Shown here: positions 1 to 6,888 of the stretch, in pieces
Layout: each line of letters opens with the position of its first letter
Numbering within the stretch: position 1 is the first letter of the stretch
NCBI RefSeq assembly: GCF_000016745.1
Contig: NC_009483.1
Location: 4,860,001 to 4,892,000 of the forward strand
DNA length: 32,000 bases
Direction: 5' to 3'
Source: Geotalea uraniireducens Rf4
Lineage (GTDB): Bacteria; Desulfobacterota; Desulfuromonadia; Geobacterales; Geobacteraceae
The notes under the pieces: generated by a model
Databases searched by the model: none
What the model saw: the letters and a program-made list of their open reading frames with translations, nothing else
Told to the model about the DNA's origin: nothing
Translations under genes and position numbers: made by a program

Positions 1-131
1 ATGATACCGGCCATCAAGGTAACCGTCGATGTAAGGTCGCGGCTTCGGGGGATGTTCCCCTTCTCCTTGGCATCGGAGATCCGCTTCCCCGTCGGTTGTT
101 CTGTTTTTGAATGTTTGTCCTGTTCAGACAT
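1..131 (-). CDS. flhB: Flagellar export apparatus protein FlhB, first 43 codons only (gene runs off the left edge)
   Basis: Not in the ORF track because it is truncated. The reverse complement of 1-131 starts with ATG at 131-129 and reads MSEQDKHSKTEQPTGKRISDAKEKGNIPRSRDLTSTVTLMAGI, a typical FlhB N-terminus (EKTExPTxKR...KGxxPRSR). It begins about 10 nt after the fliR stop, the expected fliR-flhB order. Confidence 0.8.
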   Translation of the reverse strand, partial: MSEQDKHSKTEQPTGKRISDAKEKGNIPRSRDLTSTVTLMAGI

Positions 132-140
132 GGGGTAGGC

Positions 141-926
141 CTAGGAGAGGAGCTTGAAGAGTGTCTTTATCTGCCCGTCTATGCCGCCGAACGCGTTCTC
201 CAAGGTACGGAGGAAAGTCAAGAGCGACAGTCCGAGGGCCAGAAAACCGATACCGATGTTGAGCGGCATGCTTACCATAAAAATGTTCATCTGCGGGAAT
301 GAGCGGGCCATTATGCCGAGGGCTACACTGGTGGCCAGCAACGCCACCATTATCGGCGCTGATAGTTTTATGGCCAGGATAAAGATCGCCCCGGTAGTAG
401 TAATGATGAATTGCATGAGACCGCCGCTCATATGCCAAGCCCCCACGGGAATAACGCGGTAACTCTCCACGATGGCACGGATGAAAATATGGTGAACCCC
501 CAGGGAGAGGAAAAGAAGCATTGCCAGTATACCTTGCAGCAGGGCCACGGTCGGGACATTTGCCTGGGTGTTCGGGTCGAACAAAGAGGCCATGGATATG
601 CCCATCTGCATGCCGACGATCTGACCGCAGAATTCGACGGCGGCGAATATGGCCTGGGATATGATGCCGATGGTGAGGCCGATCAAGGTTTCGCGGACGA
701 CAAGGAGACTCAGCGAGATGGAATCCGAAGGGAGGGGGGGTATCTGCGTCCTGATCACCGGATAGAGAAGGAGGGCCATCACCATGATGACAGCGGCCTT
801 GACCCGTACCGGCACGGATTTGGAGCCGAACAGGGGAATTGCTGCGAATAGCCCGGCCATCCGCCCCACGACAAGACTGAATAGCGTAAGATCATTGATA
901 GTGGATAAAGGGATGGCGGGGAACAC
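141..926 (-). CDS. fliR: Flagellar type III export gate protein FliR
   Basis: 261-aa polytopic membrane protein directly after fliQ, with a FliR-like profile (GRMAGLFAAIPLFG...VPVRVK). The start is GTG at 926, 2 nt after the fliQ stop. Confidence 0.9.
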   Translation of the reverse strand: MFPAIPLSTINDLTLFSLVVGRMAGLFAAIPLFGSKSVPVRVKAAVIMVMALLLYPVIRTQIPPLPSDSISLSLLVVRETLIGLTIGIISQAIFAAVEFCGQIVGMQMGISMASLFDPNTQANVPTVALLQGILAMLLFLSLGVHHIFIRAIVESYRVIPVGAWHMSGGLMQFIITTTGAIFILAIKLSAPIMVALLATSVALGIMARSFPQMNIFMVSMPLNIGIGFLALGLSLLTFLRTLENAFGGIDGQIKTLFKLLS

Positions 927-928
927 GG

Positions 929-1198
929 TCAGTGCCTCATATTTGCTATCATGCCGTAAATCTCGCGGGTAAAGTCACCCATGTAGCTCATCATCCATGG
1001 GAAGAAGATGACCAGGGCCACCATGACCGCCGCTATCTTGGGGGCAAAGGCGAGGGTCGCCTCATTGATCGAGGTAACCGCCTGGAAGATGCTGATCAGC
1101 AACCCGACGACCAGGCTGAAGATCAGGAGTGGAGCAGACAAAAGGAGCGTCGCCTCAAAACTGCGACGTGCCAGCTGGACAACCAGTTCGGGTGTCAT
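929..1198 (-). CDS. fliQ: Flagellar export gate protein FliQ
   Basis: 89 aa with two TM segments and the FliQ signature IFQAVTSINEATLAFAPKI. ATG start with GGAGG SD (1205-1209). Confidence 0.95.
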   Translation of the reverse strand: MTPELVVQLARRSFEATLLLSAPLLIFSLVVGLLISIFQAVTSINEATLAFAPKIAAVMVALVIFFPWMMSYMGDFTREIYGMIANMRH

Positions 1199-1214
1199 AA
1201 AAAACCTCCGGAAA

Positions 1215-1347
1215 TCAGGTTCGAGGAACGAGGAACGAGGAACGAGGAACGAGGAACGAGGAACGAGGAACGAGGAACGAGGAACGAGGAACGAGGAACG
1301 AGGAACGAGGAACGAGGAACGAGGAACGAGGTTCGAGGTTCGAGGTT
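1215..1347. repeat. Heptanucleotide tandem array: TCAGGTT, (CGAGGAA)x15 perfect, (CGAGGTT)x3 perfect
   Basis: Counted directly. Fifteen uninterrupted CGAGGAA units span 1222-1326, three CGAGGTT units span 1327-1347, and one degenerate unit lies at 1215-1221. The array lies in the 211-bp fliP-fliQ spacer. Confidence 0.95.
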
Positions 1348-1352
1348 ATTTT

Positions 1353-1405
1353 GTCCTTTATCCTCGTTCCTTTATCCTCGTTCCTTTGTTCTCTATCCTC
1401 ATTCC
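1353..1405. repeat. Imperfect 14-nt-period arm complementary to the heptamer array (TTTATCCTCGTTCC x2 plus a decayed copy)
   Basis: CCTCGTTCC (twice) is the exact reverse complement of GGAACGAGG in the array at 1222-1326. The arm begins 5 nt after the fliP stop codon as read on the minus-strand mRNA. Confidence 0.75.
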
Positions 1406-1409
1406 TTTT

Positions 1410-2165
1410 TTATCCAAAACTCTTGACCAGTGAGCCGATGACGAGTCCCCAGCCATCCACCAGGACAAACAGGAGAATCTTAAAGGGGAGTGATATCATG
1501 ACCGGCGGCAGCATCATCATCCCCATGGACATGAGGACCGATGCCACAACCATGTCCAGCACCAGAAAGGGGATGAAAACCAGGAAACCGATCTGGAAGG
1601 CGGTCTTCAGCTCACTGACCATGTATGCCGGAATGAGGGTCAGGGTAGGAATGTCATCGGCGTTTTTCGGACGGGGGAGTTTCGAAAGGCTTAAGAACAG
1701 GGCAAGGTCTTTTTCCCTTACCTGCGAAAGCATGAATTTCCTGACCGGCGCAACAGCTCTTTTGAAAGCTTCTTCCTGGCTGATGGTCTGCGCCTTATAG
1801 GGCTGTAGAGCCTGGGTGTTGATCTGTTGCCATACGGGAGCCATGATGAAAAAGGTCAAAAACAGCGACAGACCGATGATGATCTGATTCGAAGGCGCCT
1901 GCTGCGTACCAATGGCATTTCTTAAAAATGACAGGACCACGACGATGCGCGTGAACGACGTGGTCATCATCAAGAGCCCGGGAGCGAGCGACAGAACCGT
2001 CATCAGGAAGAATATCTGGAGAACCACCGCCACATCGGCAGGCTTGGACACTTTGCCCATGCCGACGCTGACTGTTGGAAGCGCCAGTGGCTCGGCAAAA
2101 GCCGAGGCTGCGGTCAGCATGCACAACAGGATCAAGGCTGTTTTAAAGAGGGTCCCATATTTCAC
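1410..2165 (-). CDS. fliP: Flagellar export gate protein FliP
   Basis: 251 aa with a signal peptide (LLCMLTAASAFA) and canonical FliP blocks (TSFTRIVVVLSFLRNAIGTQQAPSNQ; GFLVFIPFLVLDMVVASVLMSMGMMMLPP). GTGA overlap with the fliO stop. Confidence 0.95.
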   Translation of the reverse strand: MKYGTLFKTALILLCMLTAASAFAEPLALPTVSVGMGKVSKPADVAVVLQIFFLMTVLSLAPGLLMMTTSFTRIVVVLSFLRNAIGTQQAPSNQIIIGLSLFLTFFIMAPVWQQINTQALQPYKAQTISQEEAFKRAVAPVRKFMLSQVREKDLALFLSLSKLPRPKNADDIPTLTLIPAYMVSELKTAFQIGFLVFIPFLVLDMVVASVLMSMGMMMLPPVMISLPFKILLFVLVDGWGLVIGSLVKSFG

Positions 2166-2650
2166 AGCGCTTCACCATGTTTCTTCTGTAACGGCACATA
2201 GCGCATCAACCGGGACGGTACCCCTGCCGTCAGAGCCGCAAGCCTGTCACGGAGCTGTGCGGAGACTTGCGATGCACTGGTCCGTTCTTCGACCACCTCG
2301 ATCTCTTCCAGCATGTCTATCTGCTTGACAAGTTGCAGTCCGTCGCCACTGTTGCTCAACAACAGATATTCTCCTGACACTTCCACGAGCAGGAGCGATT
2401 TTTTCGGAGCCAGGAAACGGGTTTCGACCACCCTGATATAGCGGGATACCCCTCTCACTGTCGGCGTAATTTTAAGCCAGCGACAGGATATGTAATATAC
2501 TACGAAGATAACGCCGATCACGAGCGCCAGCGATGCCAGCATTTGGAAAAAGCCGGCTGCCAGGCTGAAATCGGCGTTTCCCCCCGTATCCGCGGCAATA
2601 GCGGATACGGGGGTCAGCAATACCCCGCATATGGATCCACTTCGTCTCAT
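2162..2650 (-). CDS. fliO: FliO/FliZ-like flagellar biosynthesis protein (single TM)
   Basis: 162 aa with one TM (LASLALVIGVIFVVYYI), located between fliN and fliP with ATGA/GTGA overlaps on both sides. The call rests on position and topology; this family is weakly conserved. Confidence 0.7.
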   Translation of the reverse strand: MRRSGSICGVLLTPVSAIAADTGGNADFSLAAGFFQMLASLALVIGVIFVVYYISCRWLKITPTVRGVSRYIRVVETRFLAPKKSLLLVEVSGEYLLLSNSGDGLQLVKQIDMLEEIEVVEERTSASQVSAQLRDRLAALTAGVPSRLMRYVPLQKKHGEAL

Positions 2651-2958
2651 AGCACCTTTTCCACCCGTTCATTGGGGCTGACGATATCGACAAGCCTGAT
2701 GCCGAATTTATCATTGATCACGACAGCTTCGCCGCGGGCCACCAGTTTGGAATTGACGAATACGTCGAGCGGCTCGCCGGCAAGCTTGGACAGTTCCACC
2801 ACCGCCCCCTGGTTCAGCTGCAAAATGTCCTTCACCAATAGCTTGGTGCGCCCCAGCTCAACCGTCAGCTGTAACGGAATATCGAGAATGAACTCCAGGT
2901 TTTTCACTTCCAGGCTGTTGTTATTGAGTTCGTCGCTGTCTATTTTTTCATTCACCAC
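2647..2958 (-). CDS. fliN: Flagellar motor switch protein FliN (SpoA domain)
   Basis: 103 aa with the motif LDIPLQLTVELGRTKLLVKDILQLNQGAVVELSKLAGEPLDVFVNSKLVARGEAVV. GTG start overlapping the fliM end. Confidence 0.9.
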   Translation of the reverse strand: MVNEKIDSDELNNNSLEVKNLEFILDIPLQLTVELGRTKLLVKDILQLNQGAVVELSKLAGEPLDVFVNSKLVARGEAVVINDKFGIRLVDIVSPNERVEKVL

Positions 2959-3934
2959 TCGCTCCCCCCTGCAGAATTCGGCTTATTTTCACCGCCTTGT
3001 TGCCGTCCCGCACACCCGGTATCCCTGTGAACTTGTTGACCCCTCCTACTTTTACCAGCAATTCACTCCGGCCACGGTTGTTCAGCATGATGGTGTCTCC
3101 TGGAGCAAGGTTCAGAAGTTCATCAAGGGTTATCACCGAATTGCCCATTTCAACCGATATTTCCAGCGGCGCCTCCGCCAGTTCCTCGGACAGCCGGTAG
3201 GACCATTGGGGATCGACGGCCATCATGTCGACCTGCATGCCGCTCTTGAGTTTGTCACGCACCGGTTCGATGGTCATGTAGGGAACGGCAAGGATCATCG
3301 TTCCGACAGTTTCCTCGATCTGGATCTTCAGCGACATGGTCACCACCTGGTATTCCGAGGGGACGATGTTCACGAGCCGTGGGTTCATCTCCATGCGCAG
3401 CAGATTCATTTTGACCGCCAAAAGCGGCGCCCACGCCTTTTCCATGTCCACTAGTGCATCCTTGACGATCTTTTCCATCAGCCGCAATTCGATGGGGGTG
3501 AACAACCGGTTGTTGCTCGGTATGCTGGGAGCACCGGTGCCGCCGAGGATGCTGTCAACGATGGTAAAGACAAGGGTGTTGTCCATGGCTACAAGAGCCG
3601 CCCCCTTCAAGGGCTCGATCTTGTAGATGGCCATGCATACGGGTGAAGGGAGTATCTGGAGGAAGTCATCAAACTTGTAAGTGCGCGCCCCGTCTTTTTT
3701 GATATCCACCATCTTACCGAGGCGGTTCGACATGGTAACCCTGTTGTAGCGGATGAACCCGTCATAAATAATATCCAGATTAGGCACAAAGCCCTTGTGC
3801 GCATCTGAATTGAAGAGATCATAGGCGCTCGCCTGCCCGGCAACCTTTGCCAACTCTTTGTCCGGTTCGATGCTCCCGTCAAAAACCGCGCTCAACAGTG
3901 CCTCTATCTCGTCTTTGGTGAGGATCTTTTCCAT
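2948..3934 (-). CDS. fliM: Flagellar motor switch protein FliM
   Basis: N-terminal CheY-binding-like MEKILTKDEIEALLSAV and a C-terminal SpoA-like domain (ISVEMGNSVITLDELLNLAPGDTIML). The ORF track starts at GTG 3943. I prefer ATG 3934, which follows AAGGGTGG. Confidence 0.9.
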   Translation of the reverse strand: MEKILTKDEIEALLSAVFDGSIEPDKELAKVAGQASAYDLFNSDAHKGFVPNLDIIYDGFIRYNRVTMSNRLGKMVDIKKDGARTYKFDDFLQILPSPVCMAIYKIEPLKGAALVAMDNTLVFTIVDSILGGTGAPSIPSNNRLFTPIELRLMEKIVKDALVDMEKAWAPLLAVKMNLLRMEMNPRLVNIVPSEYQVVTMSLKIQIEETVGTMILAVPYMTIEPVRDKLKSGMQVDMMAVDPQWSYRLSEELAEAPLEISVEMGNSVITLDELLNLAPGDTIMLNNRGRSELLVKVGGVNKFTGIPGVRDGNKAVKISRILQGGASGE

Positions 3935-3945
3935 CGTAGCCACCC

Positions 3946-4446
3946 TTACTGCACCACGAAATCGGTAAAGTAAACCTTCGTTACCCTGCCGACAGAAAGA
4001 ATTTTGCCGGTTGTGGCCAGGATCTCGTCCCGCAACTGATTCTTGCCCTGAAGGTCCTGGACCTCCCGCATGGTCTTGGTGGTCAGAAGCACCAGAATGG
4101 CATCGCGCAACGCCGATTGACGGGCGTCGATTTCCGGTTTGACCTCAGGCCCGGCCATCTCGAATTCTACTTTTATCTTCAAGTAGCGAATTTCCTGGCC
4201 ATCATAGATATTGACGATAAACGGGTCCAGCGGATAGACAGTGGAACTTGTCCCCTTCTCTCCACCTTCCCCCTTTTTCTCAGACTTTGCTTCAGGGGCT
4301 TTTGCTACTTTCTCGGCTTTACCGTCTTTGCTCATCAGTAAGACGGCAACGGCTATCACCACAACGGCCAGGATTACGCCCCCCACGATTATGATAAGTT
4401 TGTTCTTGTCATTATGGGTATTCTCGTCCTTGACTTGCTCAGCCAT
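3946..4446 (-). CDS. fliL: Flagellar basal-body-associated protein FliL
   Basis: 166 aa with an N-terminal TM (LIIIVGGVILAVVVIAVAVLL) and a FliL core (PLDPFIVNI...YLKIKVEFE...LRDAILVLL...KVYFTDFVVQ). SD is AAGGAGA. Confidence 0.9.
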   Translation of the reverse strand: MAEQVKDENTHNDKNKLIIIVGGVILAVVVIAVAVLLMSKDGKAEKVAKAPEAKSEKKGEGGEKGTSSTVYPLDPFIVNIYDGQEIRYLKIKVEFEMAGPEVKPEIDARQSALRDAILVLLTTKTMREVQDLQGKNQLRDEILATTGKILSVGRVTKVYFTDFVVQ

Positions 4447-4503
4447 CCCTGTATCTCCTTTTCTCCAGTAATATCAGCCTGTTTTCTTCAGCATCCACTA
4501 TAC

Positions 4504-4519
4504 TGCAACCGCAATGCCA
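4504..4519 (-). promoter_or_regulatory. Putative sigma-54 (-24/-12) promoter for fliLMNOPQR-flhB
   Basis: The minus strand reads TGGCAT-TGCGG-TTGCA against the consensus TGGCAC-N5-TTGCW, with correct GG-N10-GC spacing. It lies about 58 nt upstream of the fliL ATG in a 300-bp non-coding gap. Confidence 0.55.
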
Positions 4520-4697
4520 GCAGAGGCTGTCATAATTTTGTTTTTTGCAAAAAGGGTGTGCTTGACCGCAAGCGGCAGGATAGACAAGCTTTGGCAGGGA
4601 TGATCCATATCTGCGATGCGCTGAAATTGTGAAAAGGAGGAAAGATTGGATGAAGATTTTGAAGAAGGCCAGTCAAGGTTTTGACGCAGTTACTGCA

Positions 4698-4738
4698 AGT
4701 GGGAAGGTCGGGGCTTTATTGGCGCCGGCCTTCCCACT
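4698..4738 (-). terminator. Strong stem-loop immediately after the flgE stop (possible attenuator or 3' stabiliser; no U-tract)
   Basis: AGTGGGAAGG...CCTTCCCACT forms a 10-bp perfect stem, extended by 3 bp after one mismatch, with a 12-nt loop. It begins 10 nt after the flgE TAG. No poly-U follows, so it is not a classical intrinsic terminator. Confidence 0.4.
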
Positions 4739-4748
4739 CTCCGTCGTC

Positions 4749-5633
4749 CTAGCGTTTCAGGCTCAGTATTTCCTGGGTCATTTCATCTGCAGTGGTGATG
4801 GTCTTTGAGTTTGCCGAATAGGCTCGCTGGGTGATGATCATCTTGACGAACTGGCTTGCCATGTCCACGTTGCTCTGTTCCAGGGAGTTGGAGAGGATCT
4901 TCTCACTGGTTCCGTTCGGCTGGTTTCCTGCCAGGGAAAATGCGGCAGCAGAAACCCCTGATGACGCAGTCGGCGTGTACAGCGACCCACCCGCTTTTTC
5001 AAGGCCGGTTACATCGGCAGCACTCACCACCGCCAGCCTCTGGACGGTTGCCGCATTGGCCGGTGTTGTCGCAACACCCACCCCCCCGCTGGCATTGTAG
5101 TAGTTCGTGGTGATACCATCCTGGGCAAGATAGGTGATGAGCCCGTTCGGCTCTATCTTCACGATCTTCGCGAAATCCGTGGCGGGGGCTGCGCCTGTAT
5201 TTGAAAACTGGATCGGATTCCCGGCGGTGTCCAGCACCTGGTAGCCATCTGGATTTACCATGGTCAGTGTCTTATCCACGTGGAAGGCGCCCGCCCGGCT
5301 CAGGAGGGCGGCATTCTGGGCAGCCACCGGCGCTGCGGTGGTCGGCGGTTTCAGGGCAAAAAAGCTGTTTCCCTGGATGCCCAGGTCGGTCACATTTTCC
5401 GTATTCTCATAAGACGACGAACCGAAAATATTTTCAACCTTCTGCATCTGCACCCCGCGGCCGACTTGCGAATCATTGCCGATATTAGCGGAAAGCATGT
5501 CCGAGAAGAGCGTCCTTCCGTATTTGAAACCGATGGTATTGACGTTGGATATGTTGTTGCCGATGACGTTCATGGCCTCACCGTTGTTCAAAAGGCCGCT
5601 CACGCCGGTAAACATTGCACCTGTAATACTCAT
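4749..5633 (-). CDS. flgE: Flagellar hook protein FlgE (short, Bacillus-like length)
   Basis: N-terminus MSITGAMFTGVSGLLNNGEAMNVIGNNISNVNTIGFK and C-terminus LEQSNVDMASQFVKMIITQRAYSANSK are the conserved rod/hook terminal segments. Its position after flgD supports the call. SD is AAGGAGG. Confidence 0.85.
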   Translation of the reverse strand: MSITGAMFTGVSGLLNNGEAMNVIGNNISNVNTIGFKYGRTLFSDMLSANIGNDSQVGRGVQMQKVENIFGSSSYENTENVTDLGIQGNSFFALKPPTTAAPVAAQNAALLSRAGAFHVDKTLTMVNPDGYQVLDTAGNPIQFSNTGAAPATDFAKIVKIEPNGLITYLAQDGITTNYYNASGGVGVATTPANAATVQRLAVVSAADVTGLEKAGGSLYTPTASSGVSAAAFSLAGNQPNGTSEKILSNSLEQSNVDMASQFVKMIITQRAYSANSKTITTADEMTQEILSLKR

Positions 5634-5723
5634 TTGTTGCCTCCTTGTTCTGCCTGTTTGTTGTCGAACACCTCTGTCGGTCGGTGTTCGCGGGCTTCCT
5701 CCGGGAGGTCCAGCCCTTTAAAA

Positions 5724-5769
5724 GTTCGAGGTTTGAGGTTCGAAGTTCGAAGTTCGAGGTTCGAGGTTT
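5724..5769. repeat. Heptanucleotide tandem array GTTCGAG GTTTGAG GTTCGAA GTTCGAA GTTCGAG GTTCGAG GTTT
   Basis: Read directly: 6.5 units of period 7. The unit GTTCGAG/CGAGGTT is the same as in the 1327-1347 segment of the fliP-fliQ array. Confidence 0.9.
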
Positions 5770-5781
5770 AATTGCTTTTGA

Positions 5782-5812
5782 CATCGAACATCGAACATGG
5801 AACGTCGAACAG
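5782..5812. repeat. Period-7 arm CATCGAA CATCGAA CATGGAA CGTCGAA, partly complementary to the 5724-5769 array
   Basis: TCGAAC in this arm is complementary to GTTCGA in the array. The arm sits 2 nt from the stop codon (5815-5817) of the upstream gene. Confidence 0.7.
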
Positions 5813-5814
5813 CT

Positions 5815-6204
5815 TCATTTTAGAAATACGGCGGAGTCGATGTTGGTAAAGACGTTCCCCTGCATGTGGGCCCGGTCCATGGCCGTAACCACTGTCCGGT
5901 TTTTGACACTCACCACAAAGGCTGCATCACCCAGCATGACCAGAGACTCCTTGCCCCCCTTTTGCGCGACACTGTCGACCGCCCCCGCGAGCTTTTTCAT
6001 GTCCGTTTCACTCAAGCTGATCCCCCGCGCTTTCAATCTCTCCTGAGCGTGTTGCGAAAATTTTACGGCCTGGTTCGGCAGTTTTGCTTCAAGAATCCTG
6101 GCAAAGGGTGAATCAGAACCGGCCGGCTTTTCCTGTGACGGCTTTATCGGAGTCTGACGGGTAGGCGCCTGGATCGGCTGCGGGAAAAATATGTTGTCAA
6201 CCAC
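5815..6204 (-). CDS. Small 'flagellar operon protein' (TIGR02530-like) found between flgD and flgE
   Basis: 129 aa, with FSQHAQERLKARGISLSETDMKKLAGAVD...VVSVKNRTVVTAMD resembling the conserved flgD-flgE-linked family of Firmicutes and Thermotogae. The family assignment is from memory. The start (GTG 6204) is uncertain. Confidence 0.6.
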   Translation of the reverse strand: MVDNIFFPQPIQAPTRQTPIKPSQEKPAGSDSPFARILEAKLPNQAVKFSQHAQERLKARGISLSETDMKKLAGAVDSVAQKGGKESLVMLGDAAFVVSVKNRTVVTAMDRAHMQGNVFTNIDSAVFLK

Positions 6205-6870
6205 TCACACCACCCCCTTCACGCTGAGGATGTTGGCAATCGGGACCTGCAATGCACCTATGGTCAGGCTTGGACTGGCCCCTTCCATATTGACCCCGTC
6301 GACCTTCCCTTTGATCAACGGCGTGCCGGCAAAGGTGGTGCCGTCAACATTGCCGCCGGTTACGGCAACGTTGTAAGTTCCGGCCGGTAATTGCCGACCT
6401 ATGCTGTCGGTGCCGTCCCAGGCAATAGAGCCGTCTCCCGCCGCTGTCCGGCCCTGGGTCAGGGTTTTGACCGTTGCGCCGCTTGCATCCGTGATCGAAA
6501 GCGTTACCGTTTGTGCAGCTGAAGGCAACCTGTAATTGATGACCGCTGGGCGGCCGGCCTGAAGACTGACCTGCGCCCCGGGCGCAACGACCTCCTTGCC
6601 GATGAACGATACGGCAGACAGTGTCGTCGTGTTGTTTGCCTGATTCAGCATGTCTTGCAGGTTGGAATTGGTATTATACGCCTGTTCCACCTGGGTAAGC
6701 TGGGCCAGCTGCGAAATAAACTGGGAGCTGTCCTGGGGATTCATCGGGTCCTGGTTTTGCAACTGGGTCACGAACAGCTTGAGAAAGTCATCCTTGTTCA
6801 TGCCGGTTGCCTTTTTCATTGCAGCCGCAGCCGCAGTGGAATCATTCGAAGCTGAAACTGAGTTAATCAT
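6205..6870 (-). CDS. flgD: Flagellar hook assembly/capping protein FlgD
   Basis: FLKLFVTQLQNQDPMNPQDSSQFISQLAQLTQVEQ is the FlgD signature. I place the start at ATG 6870, 8 nt after AGGAGG. The ORF-track GTG at 6879 lies inside that SD. Confidence 0.9.
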   Translation of the reverse strand: MINSVSASNDSTAAAAAMKKATGMNKDDFLKLFVTQLQNQDPMNPQDSSQFISQLAQLTQVEQAYNTNSNLQDMLNQANNTTTLSAVSFIGKEVVAPGAQVSLQAGRPAVINYRLPSAAQTVTLSITDASGATVKTLTQGRTAAGDGSIAWDGTDSIGRQLPAGTYNVAVTGGNVDGTTFAGTPLIKGKVDGVNMEGASPSLTIGALQVPIANILSVKGVV

Positions 6871-6888
6871 AACTATCACCTCCTTTTT

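Noticed and set aside
1215-1347. Possibility that the tandem arrays are CRISPR-like or protein-coding repeats
   Set aside because: The units are 7 nt and contiguous with no spacers, so they are not CRISPR. No minus-strand ORF with a start and SD spans them.
932-1433. Plus-strand ORFs of 164 and 141 aa containing (ERGTRNE)n / (EERGTRN)n peptide repeats
   Set aside because: The repeat peptide is only the translation of the heptamer array, since 7 nt x 3 equals 21 nt. The rest of both ORFs is antisense to the well-supported fliQ gene, and there is no SD or promoter.
2543-3454. 303-aa plus-strand ORF
   Set aside because: It is entirely antisense to fliO, fliN and fliM, which have clear family motifs. 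It is Ser/Thr/Pro-rich and low-complexity, as is typical of antisense frames.
4540-4562. AAGCAC-N7-TTGCA on the minus strand (sigma-54-like)
   Set aside because: It lacks the GG dinucleotide and has the wrong spacing. The TGGCAT-N5-TTGCA match at 4504-4519 is clearly better.
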